DNA from: Erysipelotrichaceae bacterium
GTDB lineage: Bacteria; Bacillota_I; Bacilli_A; Erysipelotrichales; Coprobacillaceae
Assembly (NCBI GenBank): GCA_028698185.1
Contig: JAQVDW010000011.1
Coordinates: forward strand, 1 to 32,000
Reading direction: 5' to 3'
DNA length: 32,000 bases
Shown here piece by piece: positions 8,039-16,268 of this stretch. The notes under the pieces were generated by a model. That model was not told where the DNA came from. It made no database searches and worked only from the letters and a program-made list of their open reading frames with translations. The position numbers and the translations under genes are program-made. Position 1 is the stretch's first letter; each line of letters opens with the position of its first letter.

Positions 8039-9646
8039 CTATTTGCTTAATTCTTCTACATATTCTTCGAATTCACTTTTGATGATCGATACTTGGGGAC
8101 CGTATATGACCTGCACGCCAGTTCCCTTGATGATGTTTCCTTTGGAACCGGATTGCTTTAACAATTCCTCATCAACCAGTCTCGAATCGTTGACTGTCAA
8201 ACGCAGTCTTGTTGCGCAACAGTCAATATCCACGAGATTTTCGACTCCGCCAACGCCTTGCAATATCAGTTCTGAAACGTTATTTTCATTATGTTGTCTG
8301 TTTTTGAAGTCTTCTTTTGTGTAAAGTTTGATTTCCTGAGCTTCATCTTCGCGTCCCGGTGTTGCCAAATTGAATTTTTTGATTAGCGATTTGAAGATGA
8401 AGTAATAACCGACACCATACAATGCAAACAATGGCAACATCATAATCCAGTTTGTTTTGCTCGCTCCTTGCAATAGTCCATATAAGGTGAAATCTATCAG
8501 CCCGCATGAGAAAGTTGTCCCGATGCAGATGTTCAGCAAATGGGTCAGCAGGAATGACAATCCAGCCAAACCACAATGCAGGATATATAGACCAGGTGCG
8601 ATAAACAAGAATGTGAACTCAATGGGTTCAGTTATTCCTGTCAAAAACGATGTCAAAGCCGCTGACAAAAGCAAACCACCGACGATTTTTTTGTTTTTCG
8701 GCAATGCCATCTTATACATCGCATACGCAGCTCCAGGCAATCCTGCCATCATGAAGGCATATTTTCCAGTCATGAAACGACAAGCTTCAACTGAAAATCT
8801 GATGGTGTTTGGCGACGCCAATTCCGCAAAGTAGATGTTTTGTGCCCCGGCAACAGTCACTCCATCGATAACGGCGGTTCCGCCAAGAGCTGTTTGCCAG
8901 AATGGTATGTAGAAAATGTGATGGAGACCGAAGGGGATCAATGCCCGCTCCATAAAACCAAAGATGAATGTACCAGCATAGCCCGAGTTAGTGACAAGGC
9001 CTCCGGCAGCAAATATCAAGTTTTGGACCATAGGCCAGACAAAAAAACTTACGATACCTACGCCTATATACGTGATTACGGAAATGATCGGGACAAATCG
9101 CAATCCGGAAAAAAATGAGAGAGCTGTCGGGAGCTGTTGCTTGTAAAAACGGTTGTGAAGATATGCCACGCCCAAGCCGACTACAATACCGCCAAAAACC
9201 CCCATTTCCAAAGATGTGATCCCCAAAACGTTGGAAAGTGAACCTGACAACACTTTATCGCTGTAACCACCATCGCTAAGGATATAACCGTTTAATGATA
9301 ATAGGGCACTTATTGTTGTGTGCATGACGATAAACGCAATCCCTGAAGACAGTACGGCAACTGATTTTTCGCGTTTGGCCATCCCCAAAGCGACTGCCAA
9401 GGCAAATATCAATGGCAAATTCCCAAAAATTGCTGTTCCCACTCGTGCCATGACCGTAAAAAGGGTATGCAATACCGTGCCAGAGTCAAGCAACCAACCT
9501 AAATTGTACGAATCAATAGTGGTTTGGTTGGTGAATGAGGCACCTAAACCTAGAAGTAAGCCGGCAATCGGCAATACTGAGACGGGTAAGAAAAATGACT
9601 TACCGATTTGTTGAATCGTTGCGAAAAACTTTCCTTGTTCTTTCAT
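8039..9646 (-). CDS. PTS glucose/maltose (alpha-glucoside) family transporter, EIICB
   Basis: N-terminal EIIC (about 10 TM, GITEPIEF motif) and C-terminal EIIB with DCCATRLRLTV. AAGGAG is the RBS. It is co-oriented with the GH4 gene. Confidence 0.88.
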   Translation of the reverse strand: MKEQGKFFATIQQIGKSFFLPVSVLPIAGLLLGLGASFTNQTTIDSYNLGWLLDSGTVLHTLFTVMARVGTAIFGNLPLIFALAVALGMAKREKSVAVLSSGIAFIVMHTTISALLSLNGYILSDGGYSDKVLSGSLSNVLGITSLEMGVFGGIVVGLGVAYLHNRFYKQQLPTALSFFSGLRFVPIISVITYIGVGIVSFFVWPMVQNLIFAAGGLVTNSGYAGTFIFGFMERALIPFGLHHIFYIPFWQTALGGTAVIDGVTVAGAQNIYFAELASPNTIRFSVEACRFMTGKYAFMMAGLPGAAYAMYKMALPKNKKIVGGLLLSAALTSFLTGITEPIEFTFLFIAPGLYILHCGLAGLSFLLTHLLNICIGTTFSCGLIDFTLYGLLQGASKTNWIMMLPLFALYGVGYYFIFKSLIKKFNLATPGREDEAQEIKLYTKEDFKNRQHNENNVSELILQGVGGVENLVDIDCCATRLRLTVNDSRLVDEELLKQSGSKGNIIKGTGVQVIYGPQVSIIKSEFEEYVEELSK

Positions 9647-9656
9647 GTTCTTCTCC

Positions 9657-10715
9657 TTAAATTTTTTTTGATTTCACATTTGAAAAATTGTAAATAGTTG
9701 TGGTTTTGAAAGGTTGGCCTTTTTCAAAAACAGGTGATCTGAAGCTTGGGGTGTTGATCGCATTTGGGAAGTACTGGGGTTCAAGACATAGACCGCCATA
9801 TTTTTTGTAGAATGTGTTTCCTTTTCCGAATGGCTCATTCAAGGTGTTTCCAGTGTAAAACTGCAAACCTTCCAGGTCTGAATAGATGGACATTTTCAAA
9901 CCGCTGACTGGGGAAAACACACTGGCAACAAGCTTGATGCCACAATCAGGTTTGTTTATTGCGAAATTGTGGTCAAAACCACCGGCTAGATGCAATTGCG
10001 TGAAATCTGTATCAATAACATCCCGAATCTTTCGAGGTTGCGTGAAATCCATCGGGGTGAATTGAACTTGCTCAATTTGACCTGTCGGAATGAGATCCTG
10101 GTCAACTGGTGTGAATCTAGAAGCGTTGATAAATACTTCATGGTCTAAAATATCGCCATTGTCATGACCATTCAAATTGAAATAGGAATGGTTGGTTATA
10201 TTGATCAGGGTTTTCTTTGTGCAAGTAGCGTAGTAGGATACTATCAAGTCATTCTTTTCACTTAGCGAGTATGTGATTGTCAAGTCCAGTGCACCTGGAA
10301 ATCCCGTCTCGAAATCGGGTGAATGATAACTCATTGTGAGCCGGTCGTTTATTAGATGGTAATCATAAAATACCTTATGGAATCCATGGTCTTTGTCGCT
10401 GTGGATATTGTGCTGGCCCCTGTTCTTTACCAGATGATAGACTGATCCGTCGATCATAAATTCCGCGTTGGAAATCCGGTTGACATTGCGGCCGCACGTC
10501 GCCCCAAGCATCGGATGGTTGACTCGGTAGCCATCAAGATTGTCATATCCCAATGCTACATCAATCAAGTTTCCATTTTGGTCGGGAACCATAATATTTA
10601 CAATATTAGCTCCAAAATTAGTTATACTTACACTCATTCCGTTTCCGTTGGATAATGTAAACAGCCAAGCTGTCTTGTCGTCCTGCCGACCGAATATCTC
10701 TTTATTGATCTTCAT
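9657..10715 (-). CDS. galM: Aldose 1-epimerase (galactose mutarotase family)
   Basis: 352 aa with mutarotase hallmarks (NHSYFNL, GGFDHNF, CLEPQYFPNAIN). It overlaps the GH4 stop by 14 nt. Confidence 0.85.
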   Translation of the reverse strand: MKINKEIFGRQDDKTAWLFTLSNGNGMSVSITNFGANIVNIMVPDQNGNLIDVALGYDNLDGYRVNHPMLGATCGRNVNRISNAEFMIDGSVYHLVKNRGQHNIHSDKDHGFHKVFYDYHLINDRLTMSYHSPDFETGFPGALDLTITYSLSEKNDLIVSYYATCTKKTLINITNHSYFNLNGHDNGDILDHEVFINASRFTPVDQDLIPTGQIEQVQFTPMDFTQPRKIRDVIDTDFTQLHLAGGFDHNFAINKPDCGIKLVASVFSPVSGLKMSIYSDLEGLQFYTGNTLNEPFGKGNTFYKKYGGLCLEPQYFPNAINTPSFRSPVFEKGQPFKTTTIYNFSNVKSKKI

Positions 10716-12111
10716 GATTCAATTCTTGTGCGATTATTTCTTGAACTTTTAAATCCTTTATTACCAGCTTTTCTTGTTTAAGAGTATCTATCTTGTTTTT
10801 GAATTTTGGCAGGTAATCTTGATGGGCCAGTAAAAGCTCATCAAGAACCTGTCTGGCATTTTTTCCTGAAGGAATCAGAGGGTTCAGGGCGAATGCTTCT
10901 AAAAGCTGTCCATAGTCACCGGTCAGTGCCGCCTCAATGACACATTCCTCCATCGCTTTCATCATTTGGAGCCAGCCCCTTTGGGCGTTAGGCATTTTGC
11001 CCCAGGCTATCGGTAGAGCGCCGGTAGCTCCAATATATGAGGTTACCTCAACGATGCATTGATCATCCAGGTCGCTTAACGCACCATTGTTTTGGGTGGA
11101 GACAACCATTGGGATCTGTTTGTTATTATAGATGGCGTTGATACACTCGCAAGCAGCATCGCTGTAATAAGTGCCGCCCCGTTTGGTCAGTTGTTCAGGC
11201 TTATGATCCAAATCGGGATTTTTGTAGAGCTCGAAAAGTTCCTTTTCCGTGGCTTTGACCTGTTCTCCCCGTGTTCCAATCCCGTCATATTCTTCCATTC
11301 CATGTTCAAGCATTTCTTGTGAGCGTAAATAATAACGATGGTATCCGCAAGGAATCATCCCCATTGTTTCAAGTTGTTCACAGAAAAATGGGACATTTGC
11401 GATATTTTTTGGCAGTCCGCTTTGTCTTCCTGAATTGATGGCATCAATCAGGGCTTTGGTAACCTCATTTCCATTTTCATCAAAAATGCGATGATAATGG
11501 AAATGATTCAAACCCGCGAATTGATAATTGATCTCATTGCTTTGATACCCTATTTCTTTTGGTTCATCCAGCATCGCCATAACAGGCACATTGCAAAGTC
11601 CGATGCATTTTTTCCAACCGAAGTTTTTGATAACGGCTTGTGTGACCATGCCTGAGGGGTTGGTGAAATTGATCATCCAGGCATCAGGGCACAGGATCTT
11701 CATGTCCTCGACGATTTCCCCGATTACTGGTATGGTTCTTAATGCTTTGAAGATACCTCCGGCGCCATTTGTTTCCTGGCCGAGCATTCCGTAGGAAAAT
11801 GGAATACGCTCATCTTTGATCCGGGCATTCAGAAGTCCCACCCTGAATTGAGTCGTGACAAAATCGGCATCTTTCAAAGCCTCCTGGCGATTCAAGGTCA
11901 GATGAACTTTTACGTCATAAGGGGATGCATCCCACATTCGCTGGGCCATTTTGCCGACAATTTCCAGTTTTTCTTTCCCTTGGGGAATATCGACCAGCCA
12001 GATTTCTCTAATTGGAAGTTGATCATATCTTTTTATAAAACCTTCCATCAATTCAGGGGTATAAGAACTTCCCCCTCCAATTGTAACTATCTTAACTTTT
12101 CTTTTTTCCAT
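10702..12111 (-). CDS. 6-phospho-alpha-glucosidase (glycoside hydrolase family 4, NAD/Mn-dependent)
   Basis: KIVTIGGGSSYTPEL Rossmann N-terminus; NFTNPSGMV; CNVP. I place the start at the ATG at 12111 (MEKRKVKIV), preceded by AAGGAG at an 8-nt spacing. The 33-codon upstream extension of the track ORF has no RBS. Confidence 0.88.
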   Translation of the reverse strand: MEKRKVKIVTIGGGSSYTPELMEGFIKRYDQLPIREIWLVDIPQGKEKLEIVGKMAQRMWDASPYDVKVHLTLNRQEALKDADFVTTQFRVGLLNARIKDERIPFSYGMLGQETNGAGGIFKALRTIPVIGEIVEDMKILCPDAWMINFTNPSGMVTQAVIKNFGWKKCIGLCNVPVMAMLDEPKEIGYQSNEINYQFAGLNHFHYHRIFDENGNEVTKALIDAINSGRQSGLPKNIANVPFFCEQLETMGMIPCGYHRYYLRSQEMLEHGMEEYDGIGTRGEQVKATEKELFELYKNPDLDHKPEQLTKRGGTYYSDAACECINAIYNNKQIPMVVSTQNNGALSDLDDQCIVEVTSYIGATGALPIAWGKMPNAQRGWLQMMKAMEECVIEAALTGDYGQLLEAFALNPLIPSGKNARQVLDELLLAHQDYLPKFKNKIDTLKQEKLVIKDLKVQEIIAQELNHEDQ

Positions 12112-12343
12112 TATTTTTCTCCTTACAATCCCATTTTTGCTTAACCGGAAAACCTTTTCAAGCGAATCGCTGAAGCTGGGATTTTTTCCCTGAAAAGTTG
12201 AATAAGACATTTAAATGACTGGAACTTTCTGATGTTTTTTGAAATATTTAGTCATGTTGATGATAATATATCGGTATGTGCTGGAATATTCGCTAAATTG
12301 ATGTAGAATGGTATTGAGTCCAATTGAGAAGATATAAAATGAG

Positions 12344-13204
12344 GTGAACTTATTGAAAATTGAAAAATTGATTTCCTCAAGCAAATTGACACTACTGGAA
12401 ATTAAAATTGGCAACTATATATTGGAACATAAGCATGAAGCGCTGGAACTCTCAATCGTTGATCTGGCGGCTCGAATGTACGTATCCAAATCCGCGTTGC
12501 ATCGTTTTTGCAAGAAACTAGGCTTCAAGGGGTACAATGAACTGAAGGTGAAATTGGCTCAAGAAATCAGCGAAGAACCAAGCAAGCAGGAAATAATCGA
12601 TGTCAATTATCCATTTGAAAAGGACGCCACTCCCGATCAAATAGCCTACCAGCTGCTTGAATTGTATCGAGTCTCCATAAAGGATACATATGACGCGATT
12701 GATTCAAAGAAGCTTGCCATTGTGGCAAAGCTTCTATTTGAAGCTTCATCAATCGATATTTACACGCACTCTCATAACACAAATGCAGCCGAGAATTTCC
12801 AGGATAAGATGTTGACTATTGGCCGAATAGTCAATGTTCCCAAGTCATTTTACAAGCAGCGTCTAAATGTATTGGCGCAGCAAAGAGGGAGTGTGGCGAT
12901 AATTCTTTCGTATTCAGGCAAGGCGACATTTATATCTCCTTTGGTGCGTTTGCTGCATGCTAAAAACATACCTGTCGTTCTGATTGGAAAAATAAACAAT
13001 AATTATTTTCCACAATTCATTGAATACCAGCTGGGCATATCGGATCATGAAAATCTCCGTGACCGAATTTCACAATTCTCATCACATATTGCCCTGCAGT
13101 ATATGCTTGATGTTGTTTTTGGCTGTGTCTATAATCTCGATCGGGATAAAAACATAAAATACTTGAAAAACTATATCGCCTATATGGATGACCGCAAGAT
13201 CTAA
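12344..13204 (+). CDS. RpiR family transcriptional regulator (GlvR-like), divergent from the alpha-glucoside operon
   Basis: HTH segment IVDLAARMYVSKSALHRFCKKLGFKGYNELK plus a SIS-like C-terminal half. The start is uncertain: GTG at 12344, or TTG at 12353 after GAGGTG. Confidence 0.82.
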   Translation: MNLLKIEKLISSSKLTLLEIKIGNYILEHKHEALELSIVDLAARMYVSKSALHRFCKKLGFKGYNELKVKLAQEISEEPSKQEIIDVNYPFEKDATPDQIAYQLLELYRVSIKDTYDAIDSKKLAIVAKLLFEASSIDIYTHSHNTNAAENFQDKMLTIGRIVNVPKSFYKQRLNVLAQQRGSVAIILSYSGKATFISPLVRLLHAKNIPVVLIGKINNNYFPQFIEYQLGISDHENLRDRISQFSSHIALQYMLDVVFGCVYNLDRDKNIKYLKNYIAYMDDRKI

Positions 13205-13228
13205 TTTAGATTGTTGCGGTCTGTTTTT
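13191..13228 (+). terminator. Intrinsic terminator overlapping the rpiR stop codon
   Basis: ACCGCAA (13191-13197) pairs with TTGCGGT (13214-13220). An inner ATCT/AGAT extension lengthens the stem. CTGTTTTT follows. Confidence 0.7.
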
Positions 13229-13248
13229 ATATATATCGGAGTGATTGT

Positions 13249-13277
13249 TTGCATTTGCCAGATTTTTTGGATATAAT
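13249..13277 (+). promoter_or_regulatory. Sigma-A type promoter of the diguanylate cyclase operon
   Basis: TTGCAT (13249-13254), a 17-nt spacer, then TATAAT (13272-13277). Confidence 0.55.
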
Positions 13278-13323
13278 TAACAGGTAACGCTTGGAATGTA
13301 TGACAGTTAATCGGGGGTGCCTT

Positions 13324-14205
13324 ATGGATGAGATTTTTGACAGAATAAAAGACCAGCTGGGTCTTTTCAATGCAATGTACGATGTTGTCCGGATAGTTGA
13401 TCCGATCAGAAAAATAGCGTATCTCATGGACGATTCCGGTCTTGATATTACTAAGAGTGTCTGCCATGGTTTCTGGCAAAAGGGTTCTCCCTGTGACAAC
13501 TGTATCTCGATGCGGGCCATAGAGACAAAAAAGGCGACCACCAAGATTGAAATAAAAGGCGATGTGGTTTATCTTATCCAGGCCCTGCCGCTGGATGTGG
13601 CCGGGGATGGTTATGTGGTCGAGATTCTCAAGGACATAACTTCGGAGAAAATTTTCTACCTGGACAGCCAGCAGCCCAACAATCTCCAGGATTACATTTT
13701 CAAGATAAATTCACAGCTGGTCATTGATCCTCTGACAAAAATATACAACCGTCGCTACATCGACGAGCGCTTTCCAGGTGATCTAAGCCGGATTGGTGAA
13801 AATGACAGAGGCATGGTCATGGCATTCGGGGATATCGACCATTTCAAGAATGTCAACGACACGTATGGCCATCTGGCGGGCGATTATGTATTGAAGACTG
13901 TTGCTTCCATAATCAAGGATTCCATCCGGGAGACAAGTGACTGGACAGCCCGTTATGGGGGCGAGGAGTTCCTGATTGTCCTTAACAACGTAAAAGAGGA
14001 AAAGGCGATGAAGATTATTGAAAGTTTGCGGGAAAAGATAGCGGACTTCGATTTTCTTTTCGACAACGAGAGAATCAGGGTGACGTGCAGCTTTGGACTT
14101 GTCGCCGTTTTAGACAACAAAGGCAGTTTCGAGGAATTGTTCAAGATTGCGGATGACAATCTGTATCAGGCCAAAATCAAGGGCCGCAATCAAAGTGTGA
14201 TATAG
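13324..14205 (+). CDS. Diguanylate cyclase (GGDEF) with an N-terminal Cys-rich sensor domain
   Basis: Motifs seen: DPLTKIYNRRY, GDIDHFKNVNDTYGHLAGD, RYGGEEF and YQAKIKGRNQ. The start is taken as the ATG at 13324, after GGGGGTG. The N-terminal roughly 120 aa carry CH-x8-C-x2-C. Confidence 0.88.
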   Translation: MDEIFDRIKDQLGLFNAMYDVVRIVDPIRKIAYLMDDSGLDITKSVCHGFWQKGSPCDNCISMRAIETKKATTKIEIKGDVVYLIQALPLDVAGDGYVVEILKDITSEKIFYLDSQQPNNLQDYIFKINSQLVIDPLTKIYNRRYIDERFPGDLSRIGENDRGMVMAFGDIDHFKNVNDTYGHLAGDYVLKTVASIIKDSIRETSDWTARYGGEEFLIVLNNVKEEKAMKIIESLREKIADFDFLFDNERIRVTCSFGLVAVLDNKGSFEELFKIADDNLYQAKIKGRNQSVI

Positions 14206-14212
14206 GAGTATT

Positions 14213-16261
14213 ATGGCAAATAAAAAAAGAGAGAGAATCATCCTGGCCAGATACAAGCTGGGATTTACAACCAATCCCCTCAGGATAATATTCATGTACC
14301 TAGTCGTCGGCTTTGGCTGGATATTCATGTCCGACACAATGCTTTATGCGCTGGCGCTTGACAAGGGCGTAAGTGCCACTCTGCAATCCTATAAGGGTTT
14401 TCTTTATGTGCTGATAACCGCTTTTTTGATGTATGTGATCATCAAGAAGGATTACAAGCGTATCCTTGATCTGACAGCCAGTGTGGCCTTGAAAAACGAG
14501 GAGCTCACCGAGTATTCCAATGACCTGGAGGTCGCCAAAGAAATGCTGGTAAGACAGCTGGGTGCTTTGAACGACTCGCTGGATACGATCAATGCCCACA
14601 AGGATTTTTCCCAGGCGATTTATGACAATACCAACGCCGCAATCGTGACGATGAGCATCGACGGGGATATCCTGGATTACAATCAGTGTTTCACCGACCT
14701 TTTTGGCTATGCGCCCGGGGAAATCGTCAACCAGAAGTGGCACGAATTCCTGGCCAATCATGATGAGTTTCTCATCTCCAGCCTGCGCGAGCGGCTCCAT
14801 AGCGACAAAATCATCAACAACTATGAATGCCAGGCAAAGACGAAGGATGGCCGGTTGCTCGAGATTGTCTGGAACAACAACCTAATCAAGGACCCCAACT
14901 CCAATGGGACGGTGGTCATCTGCATCGGAATCGACCGGACCAGTGAAAAGCAGACCGAAAGGCGCATTTACGAGCTGGCCTTCAAGGACCGGCTGACCAA
15001 ACTCGACAACCAGCTGGTGTTCGAACGCCAGGTCGCAAAGCTGATTGAAAAGGGCCTTGATTTCACCCTGTATTATCTCGATTTCGACAACTTCCGGAAT
15101 CTCAATGACATCCATGGCCATTATTACGGTGATTGTTTCTTGCAGGATTATGCCAGGATGTTGCAGGAAAGTTTCGAAACAATCGAAGTTTTCCGTTTTG
15201 GCGGCGATGAGTTCATGCTTCTCGATAGAAACAGCGATGCACTCCACGCAAACCATGTCCTGTCATCGCTGTTCAAAAATACCAGCCGGTCTTATGTCTA
15301 TGACGATTTCAGCTACTATCCGTCAATCAGCGTCGGGGTGGTCAAGTATCCTGAAGACGGCAATGATTGGGATACGATATTCAAAAATATCGACCTGGCG
15401 CTTTACAAGGCCAAGACCAAAGGGAAAAACCAGGCGGTAAAATTCCACAGGGAGATCCAATTCGAGATCGAAACAAAGATCAGGATTGAAAACGGCATCC
15501 GCCAGATGCTGCTAAATGACGACTTCATCTCATATTACCAGCCAATCTATGATTTCGATGACCAGGAAATTGCCGGGGTCGAGTCGCTGCTGCGCTGGGA
15601 CAGGTCGATTCTTGATTGCAACCCGGCCCAGCTGGTCAGTGTGGCGGAACAGACCGGCCAGATCATCAAGATTGACCGCTGGGTGATTGACAACAGCTTC
15701 AGGTTCATGGCCGAGAATCTTCAGTCAACCAGAATAACGATGTCGATCAACCTGTCGACAAAAACCATCGAATCTGCGGGGATGATGGAGTTTTTGCTCA
15801 AAAAGCTAAGCGTCCACGGCATCGATCCGGCCCGGATCATTTTTGAAATCACTGAACATTCCTTGTTCGACGATATCGAATTCAGCCGCTACCAGGTCAA
15901 GAAGCTCAAGGCAATCGGCTTCAAAATCGCCCTTGATGACTTCGGGACCCGCTATTCGTCCTTGAACTACCTCAAAAATCTCGAGTTCGACCGGCTGAAA
16001 ATAGACAAGGAGTATATCGACAAGATCAATGAATCCCAAAATGACCGGGTCATTGTCGAGCAGATCATAACCCTGGCAAACAAGCTCGACATCGAGACAG
16101 TCGCCGAGGGGATCGAATGTCCCGAGCAGTTTGCACAGATCAAGTCGATGGGCTGCACCTATGCCCAGGGCTATCTCCTTGCCAGACCTCAATGCCCGGA
16201 TGACCTGCTTGCACTTTTGAATGAGGAAAACGAAAAAAGTCCTAATCATTTATCTGATTAA
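14213..16261 (+). CDS. Membrane-anchored PAS-GGDEF-EAL c-di-GMP turnover protein
   Basis: Two N-terminal TM segments, a coiled coil and a PAS region (AIVTMSIDGDILDYNQCFTDLFGY). The GGDEF domain has RFGGDEF. The EAL domain has QPIYD, ESLLRW, INLS, EITE, DDFGTRYSSL, KIDK, VAEGIE and QGY. TAGGAG is the RBS, 7 nt after the upstream stop. Confidence 0.88.
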   Translation: MANKKRERIILARYKLGFTTNPLRIIFMYLVVGFGWIFMSDTMLYALALDKGVSATLQSYKGFLYVLITAFLMYVIIKKDYKRILDLTASVALKNEELTEYSNDLEVAKEMLVRQLGALNDSLDTINAHKDFSQAIYDNTNAAIVTMSIDGDILDYNQCFTDLFGYAPGEIVNQKWHEFLANHDEFLISSLRERLHSDKIINNYECQAKTKDGRLLEIVWNNNLIKDPNSNGTVVICIGIDRTSEKQTERRIYELAFKDRLTKLDNQLVFERQVAKLIEKGLDFTLYYLDFDNFRNLNDIHGHYYGDCFLQDYARMLQESFETIEVFRFGGDEFMLLDRNSDALHANHVLSSLFKNTSRSYVYDDFSYYPSISVGVVKYPEDGNDWDTIFKNIDLALYKAKTKGKNQAVKFHREIQFEIETKIRIENGIRQMLLNDDFISYYQPIYDFDDQEIAGVESLLRWDRSILDCNPAQLVSVAEQTGQIIKIDRWVIDNSFRFMAENLQSTRITMSINLSTKTIESAGMMEFLLKKLSVHGIDPARIIFEITEHSLFDDIEFSRYQVKKLKAIGFKIALDDFGTRYSSLNYLKNLEFDRLKIDKEYIDKINESQNDRVIVEQIITLANKLDIETVAEGIECPEQFAQIKSMGCTYAQGYLLARPQCPDDLLALLNEENEKSPNHLSD

Positions 16262-16268
16262 GACTTTT

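Noticed and set aside
12112-12210. A 33-codon N-terminal extension of the GH4 ORF (MSYSTFQGKN...).
   Set aside because: The GH4 Rossmann motif begins right after the internal Met at 12111, which has AAGGAG at ideal spacing. The extension has no RBS and no counterpart in the family.
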